From Polyangiaceae bacterium (GTDB taxonomy: Bacteria > Myxococcota_A > Polyangia > Polyangiales > Polyangiaceae): a stretch of 64,000 bases of DNA. The stretch covers positions 1 to 64,000 of the forward strand of contig JBNKBE010000026.1 in the NCBI GenBank assembly GCA_050287085.1, in the 5' to 3' direction. The notes under the pieces were generated by a model, which was not told the DNA's origin, made no database searches, and saw only the letters and a program-made list of their open reading frames with translations. Shown here one piece after another: positions 9,699 to 18,970 of this stretch (its first letter is position 1; every line of letters starts with the position of its first letter). A program made the translations under genes and the position numbers.

Positions 9699-11741
9699 TT
9701 GCGGTGGTGCCTTCAAAGCAAGCCGCGGAAGAAAGAGCTTCAGTTGACTAGTGACTTCGGGGCACGGCCGAGCGAGGGGTGGTTTTGGCCCGCCCTGCCA
9801 ACGCTCGTCCGATCGTTTTTCGTCCTGCTTGCGGTGGGTGCGTCTCTGTGGGCCTTTGGCTACCTCTGCGTTCATCACGATTTGATCGCCACGTTTGCGA
9901 GTGCCAACAAGCTCGCGCTTCCCATGCGGCGCTGGCTCATCGGGGGGATGGCCGGCAGCGGCCTCGCAGTGTGTCTGGTCGCGCTGACGTATCTGCTCCT
10001 GCACCGTAGTGTAGCCGCGGTAGGCACGGTCGCGCGAGCGGCGCACTTGCTCGGCCCCTTGATGCTGACCTTTCCGTTGCCCCTATTGCTGTCCCCCACG
10101 GCCTTCAGCGGGCGCGAGCTTCACTTCTCGCTGATTGCGCTTGGGTACGGACTGCTGCTCGAGCGACTCCTGCGCCCCTCCTTTCGCGCCGCCCAGGGGC
10201 TCCGCTGTACGCAGCGTTGGTCCCTGCGGGTGCCGGAGCGACTTCCGTTTGCTCTGGCTGTCGCGTTCGCGGTCTTCTTCGGCTGCTACTTCAGCTACTA
10301 CACGGTGCTCAATCACCTGCGGCTGCAGACCACGAGTTGGGATCTCGCGATCTTCGACAACATGATGTGGAACCTCATCCGCGGGGAGTGGTTCAAGGCT
10401 GCGCCTGACCTGGGGCGCACCGGATCACATATCCAATACCACGCGACCTTCGACGCGTACCTGTTTGCGCCATTCTACGCCCTGCGCCAGCGCGCGGACA
10501 CGCTGCTGGTGATTCAGGGCGTTCTGGTCGGCCTCGCGGCTGTTCCCATCTTTCTGCTGGTCAAGGCGCGCACTCAAAGCGCGGGACTGGGCCTACTGCT
10601 GGCCGTCGCCTACGGGTTCCACGCGCCGCTGCACGGGCCGATATTCTACGACTTTCACTTCCTGACGCTGGCGCCCTTTTTCATCTCGTGGGTGCTCTAC
10701 TTTTACGAGACGGAGCGCAAGTGGCCGCTGCTGATTGCGTGGATCGCGGCTGTGTTGCTGCGCGAAGATCAGAGCGCGACGCTGTCCGCCGCGATGTTCT
10801 TCTTCCTGCTCTCGGGTAAACGTCCCCGAGTCGCGCTCCTACTGGGCGTAGTGTCTGCGCTCTACTTCGTGCTGATGAAGTTTGCGATTATGCCTTTGCA
10901 TCGCACGGGGCACGACAAGGCGACCTTCTCCTGGATGTTCACGGGGCTCATCGCGGAGGGGACCCGCGACTTTGGCGGCGTGCTCGCAACCTTGATCAGC
11001 AACCCCATATTCGTGCTGGAGTCGCTGATCGACGAAGAGAAACTGCTCTACCTGCTGAAGACCTTCGGGCCTGTGCTGCTGCTGCCGCTTCGCAGCGCCC
11101 GTACGTGGATCCTGTTCGTGCCGGCGGCGATCTTCACATTGCTTTCTTCTGGCTACAAGCCGCTGTACCAGACCTACTTTCAGTATACGTCCAACTGGAC
11201 GCCCTACGTCTTCTTCGGAACGGCGGTCGCTCTCGCCAAGCTGCGAGCCATGCCCGACGCGGTCGTGCGTGTTCGCGCTGCCGCAACGGCCCTACTCGTC
11301 TCTGTCACGCTCTTTACGATCAACCAAGGCGCGCTCGTGGGCCGCCACAACTTCCGCGGCGGTTTCCGCCAGGTGCAGTTTCATCGAAGCGAAGCAGATA
11401 AGGCCAAGTACGAGGAGCTGATGAGTCTGGTGCGCCAGATTCCGAAAGAGGCCTCCGTCGCTGCCACCGAGGCGGAGGCGCCCCACGTGTCGAACCGTGA
11501 AGACTGCTTCACGATGCGCTTCGGCCACGACGACGCCGACTATCTGTTGCTGTCGATCGCCGAGGCCCGCGGCGGAAGCACCAAGGCCCACGCGCAGACT
11601 GCCCTCGGCGCCGGCGAGTATGGACTGGTGGAGAAGACGAAGCACTTCATGCTCTGGCAGAAGGGGCTCGAGACGCCGAAGGACGCCCAGGCCCTGCGCC
11701 AGCTCGGCGTGCGAAAGACCAGACCCAAGGCCACGCCGTGA
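9699..11741 (+). CDS. DUF2079 family polytopic membrane protein (GT-C-like putative glycosyltransferase); start uncertain
   Basis: WDLAIFDNMMWN, YDFH and LRED motifs typical of DUF2079; many transmembrane segments. Confidence 0.8.
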   Translation: MRWCLQSKPRKKELQLTSDFGARPSEGWFWPALPTLVRSFFVLLAVGASLWAFGYLCVHHDLIATFASANKLALPMRRWLIGGMAGSGLAVCLVALTYLLLHRSVAAVGTVARAAHLLGPLMLTFPLPLLLSPTAFSGRELHFSLIALGYGLLLERLLRPSFRAAQGLRCTQRWSLRVPERLPFALAVAFAVFFGCYFSYYTVLNHLRLQTTSWDLAIFDNMMWNLIRGEWFKAAPDLGRTGSHIQYHATFDAYLFAPFYALRQRADTLLVIQGVLVGLAAVPIFLLVKARTQSAGLGLLLAVAYGFHAPLHGPIFYDFHFLTLAPFFISWVLYFYETERKWPLLIAWIAAVLLREDQSATLSAAMFFFLLSGKRPRVALLLGVVSALYFVLMKFAIMPLHRTGHDKATFSWMFTGLIAEGTRDFGGVLATLISNPIFVLESLIDEEKLLYLLKTFGPVLLLPLRSARTWILFVPAAIFTLLSSGYKPLYQTYFQYTSNWTPYVFFGTAVALAKLRAMPDAVVRVRAAATALLVSVTLFTINQGALVGRHNFRGGFRQVQFHRSEADKAKYEELMSLVRQIPKEASVAATEAEAPHVSNREDCFTMRFGHDDADYLLLSIAEARGGSTKAHAQTALGAGEYGLVEKTKHFMLWQKGLETPKDAQALRQLGVRKTRPKATP

Positions 11742-11829
11742 GCCTCCGCCCGGTGAAGCGGGCTTCGCATTGGGCTATCGGCGCGGGACCTATGGCAGGC
11801 GGCGGCAGCCGCCCCCTAGGCCGCGCTCG

Positions 11830-11971
11830 CAGGGCACAGCGACGCCAGGGCAGAGCGACGCCAGGGCAGAGCGACGCCAGGGCAGAGCGACGCCAGGGCA
11901 GAGCGACGCCAGGGCAGAGCGACGCCAGGGCAGAGCGACGCCAGGACACAGCGACGCCAGGACACAGCGAC
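11830..11971. repeat. 16-bp tandem repeat cagggcagagcgacgc, about 9 copies
   Basis: Six identical copies flanked by slightly variant ones, between two convergent genes, with no spacers. Confidence 0.95.
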
Positions 11972-11977
11972 TCTGGG

Positions 11978-13090
11978 TCAGAACTGCGTGATGAAGTCCC
12001 ACACTTCTTGCGGGACCCAAGACCCGTTCGCTCCTGAGTCGACATGCGATGGGGTGTGACCGCCGTCGTAGTCGCACCAGCGGGTGGGAAAACCCTCGTC
12101 GCAATCGGCGTAGTTGGTGCAGGCGTGACCCCCACCGGGTGGCATCGCGAGAGCCTCCACGGTGCAGCCGTTGACTCTGCCGAAGTAGTCGCTGCTCATG
12201 TCCTGCCCGCTGCCATCATCGCCCAGCGCAGACCAGAAGGGGATGGGTTCGCAATTGGTGGGCATTGGCAGCCCACCCCCCGAATGCACGACGGCCGCGC
12301 TGAACACTCCTGGTAGCGCGCACGCCAGCGTCCAAGTCATGGCACCACCATGGCTGAAGCCCTCGATCACGATGCGTGAGGTATCGATGCAGAGCTCATC
12401 ACCTAGCTGAGCTATCATGTCGCTCGTCAGCGGGGTATCGATCTCAGGTTTCCAGACCCCCCCGGTGGCGTCGGGCGCAGCGAAGATGGTGCTGTCGTCT
12501 GCAAGGTCCCAAAGTCCGAAAAAGGAAGGGGCGACGTCATTGCTACTGCCGCCTGCGCCATGAAATCCAAGGATCAGCCGATACGGTTGATCCGGGTCGT
12601 AATTCGCGGGAACCCGCAAACGGTAGCTGCGATCCATCCCCCCGCTTTGCAGCCTTTGCACACCATCTTCGAGTGTGCGCATCTTTCCGCAACCCGCCGA
12701 CCTGTGATCGTCGCCGCCTCCAGCCGCGCCCGCAGCGCCGCTGCTACCCGCGGCGCCCCCCGCAGCAGCACCGGCAGCGCCGCCGCCAGCCGCGCCAGCC
12801 GCGCCGCCGTTGCCCGCAGCGCCGCCGTCGGTGGCTCCCCCTGCGCCTCCGCCCGTACCTGAAGCGCCGCTCGCTCCGCCAAGCATGGAGCCACCCGCGC
12901 CAGAAGAGCCTGCTTCACCCCCTGAACCTCCGCCTGGTACTACGTCGTTTGGGGTCGATTCTCCACTGCAGGCGAAGCACAGCAGGCCGAAACCGAGCGC
13001 ACTGGCCGCACTGCGCAAGCCAACCCGGCAAGAGCGAGGGCGGAGCGATGAAGAGCTGGAAGAACGGGACGAAGTAGATCGGAATGACAT
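11978..13090 (-). CDS. Lipoprotein alpha/beta-hydrolase (feruloyl esterase / PHB-depolymerase-like, CE1-type)
   Basis: Lipobox CFAC, Gly/Ala linker, LILGFHG oxyanion segment, GFSHGG nucleophile elbow and GGH catalytic His. Confidence 0.85.
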   Translation of the reverse strand: MSFRSTSSRSSSSSSLRPRSCRVGLRSAASALGFGLLCFACSGESTPNDVVPGGGSGGEAGSSGAGGSMLGGASGASGTGGGAGGATDGGAAGNGGAAGAAGGGAAGAAAGGAAGSSGAAGAAGGGDDHRSAGCGKMRTLEDGVQRLQSGGMDRSYRLRVPANYDPDQPYRLILGFHGAGGSSNDVAPSFFGLWDLADDSTIFAAPDATGGVWKPEIDTPLTSDMIAQLGDELCIDTSRIVIEGFSHGGAMTWTLACALPGVFSAAVVHSGGGLPMPTNCEPIPFWSALGDDGSGQDMSSDYFGRVNGCTVEALAMPPGGGHACTNYADCDEGFPTRWCDYDGGHTPSHVDSGANGSWVPQEVWDFITQF

Positions 13091-13364
13091 AGCAATAGCT
13101 CCGGTGTTTAGCCGGGAGTGCATATTAGCCCCAGCAGACACCAAAAGGCGAGGACGTTTCCAGGAGCGGGAATTGACGCGCCGTTTGTGCCGTATTGGGC
13201 TGCTGGTAGGGACCCTATCGTCGCCCTTCGCGGGTTCCAGTTTAAGGCCGGCTGTGGTATCGGCAGAACCCGGCCTAGCCACAACGCCGGCTTTGGTCCA
13301 GGGGGTGGCATGGCATTGAGCGTCGCTTGGCATAGAGTCGTCGCTTGGCATATAGAGTCGTCGC

Positions 13365-15737
13365 ATGACGCCGACACGAAGCATTGCCTCAACTCGCCCC
13401 CTTGCCGCGTCGAGGTCAGGGACTGCTCAGAACCGCGCGCTGTACGGCGTGGCGATGACGCTGACATGCGCTTGCGTCGCGACCGGCGTGTTTGCCTGCC
13501 GACCCGCGGACGCACCTGTCGTCAGGGTGCCTCTCGACCGAAGCACGGCGCCGGCAGCGGAGACCGCGCCAGCGCCGATCGCAGCGCGGTCCGAATCGAC
13601 GACGTCGACGACGCCCGCGTTTCCTTTTCGCGATCCGTCGCTGCCATTGGCGCAGCGCATTGGCGATCTGGTTTCACGCCTTACCCTGCAAGAGAAGGTC
13701 GCGCAGATGCTGCACGACACGCCGGCGATCGAGCGGCTTGGTGTTCCTGCCTACAGCTGGTGGAACGAGGCGTTGCACGGCGTCGCTCGCACCGGCAAAG
13801 CAACGGTCTTCCCGCAGGCCATCGGCATGGCGGCGACCTTCGACGATGAACTCGTGCACCGGGTTGCTTCGGCCATCTCTGACGAGGCGAGAGCGAAGTT
13901 CAACGCCGCTCAGAAGCTGGGGAATTCGGGGCGCTACGCTGGGCTGACGTTTTGGTCGCCCAACATCAACATCTTCAGGGATCCGCGCTGGGGTCGGGGG
14001 CAGGAAACCTACGGTGAGGATCCGTACCTCACAAGCCGCATGGGCGTGGCCTTCGTGCGCGGACTTCAGGGCGACGACCCGAAGCATCTGAAGACCGCCG
14101 CATGCGCCAAACACTACGCTGTGCATAGCGGCCCTGAGGGGCAGCGGCACGAGTTCGACGCTCGCCCCAGCAGGCAAGACTTGTACGAAACCTACCTGCC
14201 GGCGTTCAAGGCTCTGGTCGAGGAAGCTCACGTCGAGGGCGTGATGGCAGCGTACAATCGCGTGTACGGTGAACCTGCTGCGGGAAGTGCCTTCCTGCTC
14301 CAGCAACTCCTGCGCGAGCAGTGGGGCTTTCAGGGCTACATCGTCTCCGACTGCTGGGCAGTCGAGGACTTCCACCAGCACCATAAGGTGACCAAGACGC
14401 GGGCGCAATCTGCCGCCAAGGCGCTCAAGGCAGGCGTCAACCTCGACTGCGGCGAGAGCTACACAGCGATTGAGCAAGCGGTCCAGGATGGGCTCATCAC
14501 GGAGGCGGACATCGACGCTGCACTCAGCGATCTGCTGCGGACCCGTTTCCGGCTGGGTTTGTTCGATCCGGCGACGCGCTACGACGACCTTTCCGATGCC
14601 GACGTCGCTTCCGAGGCTCACGCAGCCCTGGCGCGCAGCACGGCTGCGAAGTCATTTGTGCTCTTGCGGAACGACAAGCATGTCCTGCCTCTGAACAAAG
14701 ACATCCGAAGCATGATGCTGATCGGTCCCTACGTCGCGGACTCCTACGTGTTGCTCGGCAACTACTACGGCTCACCGACGAACACGACCACGCTCTTGGA
14801 GGGGGTACTGCAAAAAGTTAACCCCGGTGCGACAGTCGAGTTCAAGTACGGGTTTCTCGAAGACCGCGCCAACGACAACCCAATCGACTGGACCACTGCT
14901 GATGCTCAGTCCACGGATGCAATCGTCGTAACCCTAGGGCTGTCGGGATTGATCGAAGGCGAAGAAGGGGCAGCCCACGCCTCTCCATTCAAGGGCGATC
15001 GCAGCGAGCTCGGACTCCCGCCGCACCAGGTGCAGTTCTTGAAGACGCTGCGCGCAGCAGGCAACAAGCCCATCATCGTCGTGCTCTTTGCCGGCAGCCC
15101 GATCGCGCTCGACGAGATTCGTGACCTTGCCGACGCCGTCTTGCTTGCCTGGTATCCGGGGCAGGAAGGCGGCCACGCCCTCGCCGACGTGCTGTTCGGC
15201 GATCTGTCGCCAAGCGGCCGCCTGCCGATCACCTTTCCTCGCTCCACCAAGCAGCTCCCAAGCTACAACGACTACTCGATGGAAAACCGCGGTTACCGCT
15301 TCATGAAAGCAGAGCCCGAGTACCCCTTCGGCTTCGGTCTGAGCTACGGCTCCGTCAGCTACGAGTCTCTCCAACTCTCGGCGACGGAGCTAGCAAGTCC
15401 CACGTCCCTCACCGCAACAGTTGTCGTCAACAATAGCAGCGACCGCGAGCTGGAAGAGGTCGTGCAGCTTTATGTTAGCGATGTGCAGGCTTCCACTCGA
15501 GTGCCCAGGGCAAAACTGGTGGGCTTTCGACGCGTGCGCTTGACGCCAGGTGAAACTCAGAGCGTCGCCTTCGAGGTCGCGGCTGACGCATTGAGTCTGA
15601 TCGACGGAGACGGCAAGCGCGTGTTCGAAGCGGGCGAGTTCCGCTTCACGGCAGGTGGTGCCTCGCCGGGACCGCGGGCTGAGGCCCTTGGCAGTCCGAA
15701 ACCCGTCACGGCGATGCTCCGGCTCAATGGCCCTTGA
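13365..15737 (+). CDS. Glycoside hydrolase family 3 (beta-xylosidase/beta-glucosidase) lipoprotein with Fn3-like C-terminus
   Basis: WWNEALHG, WSPNINIFRDPRWGRGQETYGEDP, KHY, VSDCWA nucleophile, EGEE, WYPGQEGG, FGFGLSY and EVVQLY. Confidence 0.95.
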   Translation: MTPTRSIASTRPLAASRSGTAQNRALYGVAMTLTCACVATGVFACRPADAPVVRVPLDRSTAPAAETAPAPIAARSESTTSTTPAFPFRDPSLPLAQRIGDLVSRLTLQEKVAQMLHDTPAIERLGVPAYSWWNEALHGVARTGKATVFPQAIGMAATFDDELVHRVASAISDEARAKFNAAQKLGNSGRYAGLTFWSPNINIFRDPRWGRGQETYGEDPYLTSRMGVAFVRGLQGDDPKHLKTAACAKHYAVHSGPEGQRHEFDARPSRQDLYETYLPAFKALVEEAHVEGVMAAYNRVYGEPAAGSAFLLQQLLREQWGFQGYIVSDCWAVEDFHQHHKVTKTRAQSAAKALKAGVNLDCGESYTAIEQAVQDGLITEADIDAALSDLLRTRFRLGLFDPATRYDDLSDADVASEAHAALARSTAAKSFVLLRNDKHVLPLNKDIRSMMLIGPYVADSYVLLGNYYGSPTNTTTLLEGVLQKVNPGATVEFKYGFLEDRANDNPIDWTTADAQSTDAIVVTLGLSGLIEGEEGAAHASPFKGDRSELGLPPHQVQFLKTLRAAGNKPIIVVLFAGSPIALDEIRDLADAVLLAWYPGQEGGHALADVLFGDLSPSGRLPITFPRSTKQLPSYNDYSMENRGYRFMKAEPEYPFGFGLSYGSVSYESLQLSATELASPTSLTATVVVNNSSDRELEEVVQLYVSDVQASTRVPRAKLVGFRRVRLTPGETQSVAFEVAADALSLIDGDGKRVFEAGEFRFTAGGASPGPRAEALGSPKPVTAMLRLNGP

Positions 15738-15805
15738 CTCTGCCAAGCCCGCGAGCGGCCGAAAGCGACAAGCCGAAGCCTGGCGCTGACGGCCGCTCCG
15801 GGAAC

Positions 15806-16321
15806 TCAGATGGGGGGCCCATGCGTCGTCGGACGCAGGCTGCCGTCGTTGAATGCTCCGAACAATCTGGACAGTACTTGCGACTTTCGTGCCTGATCGA
15901 GGGAGCTCCATAAGGCGCGAACGTCCTGACTCTCGTCCGCCGTCCAGTCGCCCCCTGCGATGGCGCTGTCGACGATTCCGAGTGCCGTGTTCAGCGCAAC
16001 GTCCTGTTCGACCTCGAGAGCCTCATCGGCTTTCCCAGCTTTGGGCTGTTCGTTGCTCTCGCCGGTCTCGTGCTCACAAGCGCTGTCGAGCTCGAGGTTG
16101 GAGAGCTCTTCACGCACTAGCAGGCGCATTTGCGCTGTGAGTTGCGCCATGTCCACGCTGGACGAACTTTGAGGCCGGTCATGCTCCACCACCACCTCTC
16201 TCCGCAAGGTGGCTTTCTGCTCCCGGGGACCCGAGTGTATGACCGTGCTTGCGCCCCATCCGGCGCCGGCACCCGCCGCTAGCAGCCCAACCACACCGAG
16301 CACGACGGCGCTGGGTCTCAC
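15806..16321 (-). CDS. Hypothetical N-terminally membrane-anchored protein
   Basis: Hydrophobic N-terminus and helical C-domain; 4-bp overlap with the upstream gene. Confidence 0.7.
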   Translation of the reverse strand: MRPSAVVLGVVGLLAAGAGAGWGASTVIHSGPREQKATLRREVVVEHDRPQSSSSVDMAQLTAQMRLLVREELSNLELDSACEHETGESNEQPKAGKADEALEVEQDVALNTALGIVDSAIAGGDWTADESQDVRALWSSLDQARKSQVLSRLFGAFNDGSLRPTTHGPPI

Positions 16322-16722
16322 GGAGCGAACCTCGAGCTATTGTTCACGTAGACCTGTCCGCAAGTTTGGTCCGAATTGACGGTGAACTGGACATAGCTCA
16401 CCGGGTTGATGCCCTCCATGGCATGCAAATGACTGTCGTTGTATGTGTAGCAATATTTCGCTGTGCCGTCGCGGCTGACAGCGTAGCAGCTGCCGTAGCT
16501 ACTACCACCGGTGGAAACAGCGCAGCCGATGCTTTGAGTCCTGTCCGATGAACGGCGTGCCGCGCCGATCACTCCGGCCGCAAAATTGTCCGAGATATAG
16601 ACCTCGAACTCGACGGTTTCCCCGGCCGTCGCGAAGGTCGCGAGCGCCCCCAATGCGACGAACACTCCGAGCGCACTAAGCCGAACTCTGCTTGCTCTTT
16701 TACTATTGTTCATGTTGCCCAT
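16318..16722 (-). CDS. Small secreted Cys-containing beta-rich protein
   Basis: Start moved to MGNMNNSK; signal peptide ending ATA; four Cys in the mature part. Confidence 0.75.
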   Translation of the reverse strand: MGNMNNSKRASRVRLSALGVFVALGALATFATAGETVEFEVYISDNFAAGVIGAARRSSDRTQSIGCAVSTGGSSYGSCYAVSRDGTAKYCYTYNDSHLHAMEGINPVSYVQFTVNSDQTCGQVYVNNSSRFAP

Positions 16723-17339
16723 CCCTTCGGTCGAGTTGACCGTTGTTGTGTCCGACACGGCGGCAGAGGCCGCTAGCCGGGCAAAGACCCCGCATCCGGC
16801 GACGTGGGGTCTGGTCCATGTGGTACTCCGCGCGCTTGATATTGGCAATCGGAGAGGGCTTGGTTCCGAGCGCATTAAGCCGCGCCGGTGAGACAGTCTG
16901 GAGCTCCACCAGAGGGCGCTTGCCTCGAAGCGGCTCCTTTCACCGTGCAGATGCGGTCCAGCCTCGAGCTCATCGTGGACTGAGCTAGAGGTGTACACCA
17001 GTGACCAGTTGTGGTCACTGGAGGAAGAAGGAGACTGTTCATCTGTAGCCAACAGGTGTCGCGTCACTCATGGTCGGTTCATGAACAGGCGACGCGACGC
17101 ACTCGGCTCACCTCCAGCGGTGCAGCTCGCCACCCTAGGCCCCGGACAAGCACGGCCCGTCATGGACAACTGAGCTTGCCACGAGCGTGGCCTTGCTGAA
17201 AGCCCACCCGCCGGTGCTCGACTGGATACGGTGTGCCTCGATGCGGTGGGGGCCCCTTGCTCGGGGAACCGATCCTGCGAACGTCGCAGCGGGATCGGCA
17301 CCCACGACGGCCCTCGTATGGGGCTCTCTGGCGCCGGGA

Positions 17340-18677
17340 CTACAAGTCGTAGCCGAGCTCTTCGTGCTCGCTGAGATCGAGCCCTTCACGCTCTTGCTGA
17401 TCGGTGACGCGCAGGCCCATCGTGGCGCGGAGGAGCAGGAGGATAGCCAGCGAGGCGATGGCCGAATAGCCCGCCGTCACGCAGGCGGCGAGGCACTGCA
17501 CTCCAAACTGATGCGCGATGTCCAGGTCGGCTACGGCCCCGCCAAAGTGCTTTGAAGCGAAGACCGCCACGAGCAGCGTGCCGACGAACCCGCCAACACC
17601 GTGAACGCCGAAGACGTCGAGCGAGTCATCGTACCCGAGCCGAGTCTTGAGATTCACGGACGCCCAATAACACACGAGACCGGAAGCAATGCCGATGCCG
17701 AGCGCCCCGAGGGGCCCCACACTGCCCGAAGCGGGAGTGATGGCGGCGAGTCCTGCGATGCTCCCTGTGGCTGCCCCGAGCACGCTTGCTTTGCCGTTCT
17801 TGAGCCACTCGACGACCATCCATACGAGCGCGCCAACAGACGCCGAGATGTGGGTGACCACGATGGCCATGGCGGCGTTCCCGTCTGCGGCCAGGGCGCT
17901 TCCGCCATTGAAACCAAACCAACCCACCCACAACATGGCCGTACCCGTCACGGTCATCGTCAAGTTGTGGGGGCGTCGAACGGCTTCCGGGTACCCCTGC
18001 CGCTTGCCGACCATGAGACAAGCGACAAGCGCCCCCACGCCCGCCGTGATGTGAACGACGATGCCTCCCGCAAAATCGATCACACCCATGTCACCGAAGA
18101 AGGATCCGGCGCCGCCCCAAACCATGTGCGTGATGGGCAGGTACACCAGGACTAGCCAAATCAGCGAGAAGGCTAGCACCGCCGTGAACTTCATGCGCTC
18201 CGGAAAGGCGCCGATCATGAGCGCAGGCGTGATGATGGCAAACGTGAGCTGGTAGACGAAAAACAGCGGCTCGGGGATCGTGCCCCACAGCGAGTCTCTG
18301 GCCACGCCCGCCAACATGGCCTTACCGCCAGCGCCGATGAACGAGTGCAGCCCGGTCTCGTTTGCGACCATGCCCGCGGGATCGAACGCCAGGCTGTAAC
18401 CAAAACACAACCAAACGATCGTCACTGTCGCCGTGAGCGCCAGACACTGCATCATCAGGGACAAGACGTTTTTGCGCGCAACGAGGCCCGCGTAGAACAG
18501 GAACAACCCCGGCATGGTCATGAACAAGACCAGCGCGGTCGAGGTCATCACCCACGCCGTGTCGGCCCCGCTCAGCGCCGCAGAGGCGTCACGAGGGATC
18601 AAGAAGAGGGCGAGTGCTGGCGCACCCCAAAGACCCAGTCTGCGAGCGGACCTGTTTTGAACGTTTCTCAATGACAT
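17340..18677 (-). CDS. amtB: Ammonium transporter
   Basis: DTAW, LFYAGLV, DFAGGIVVH, LWVGWFGFNGGS and DDSLDVFGVHG (twin His conserved). Confidence 0.97.
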   Translation of the reverse strand: MSLRNVQNRSARRLGLWGAPALALFLIPRDASAALSGADTAWVMTSTALVLFMTMPGLFLFYAGLVARKNVLSLMMQCLALTATVTIVWLCFGYSLAFDPAGMVANETGLHSFIGAGGKAMLAGVARDSLWGTIPEPLFFVYQLTFAIITPALMIGAFPERMKFTAVLAFSLIWLVLVYLPITHMVWGGAGSFFGDMGVIDFAGGIVVHITAGVGALVACLMVGKRQGYPEAVRRPHNLTMTVTGTAMLWVGWFGFNGGSALAADGNAAMAIVVTHISASVGALVWMVVEWLKNGKASVLGAATGSIAGLAAITPASGSVGPLGALGIGIASGLVCYWASVNLKTRLGYDDSLDVFGVHGVGGFVGTLLVAVFASKHFGGAVADLDIAHQFGVQCLAACVTAGYSAIASLAILLLLRATMGLRVTDQQEREGLDLSEHEELGYDL

Positions 18678-18725
18678 CACTCGGGTTTCCGACGGGCGAC
18701 ACATCAACGAAAAGAAGTTTCTCGT

Positions 18726-18762
18726 ATGTTTCGAAACAGTTTCGAAACATGTCCTTTGTCAA
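18726..18762 (-). promoter_or_regulatory. Perfect inverted repeat next to a TTGACA hexamer upstream of amtB (candidate operator)
   Basis: atgtttcgaaac-a-gtttcgaaacat at 18726-18750; TTGACA on the minus strand at 18762-18757. Confidence 0.55.
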
Positions 18763-18970
18763 CCATCTCACTCCCGCTGTAACTTTCGGCGCTGCCACTC
18801 CCAGCTCAACCCCTCGAGAAGCCGCGCAAAGCGAAACCCAGCGGGATGAATCGTTCACGGCCGCGGCGGGTGGTAAGCCACCGTGCAGCCCGGTGTCCGG
18901 CCCAGTGCCGAGCAAAGTCCCGACGCCAGCTGAACGGGCAACGTTTCGAGCAGCGCGAGCGCCCGCACCG

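Noticed and set aside
11830..11971. Possible CRISPR array
   Set aside because: The 16-bp units are contiguous with no unique spacers, and there are no cas genes.
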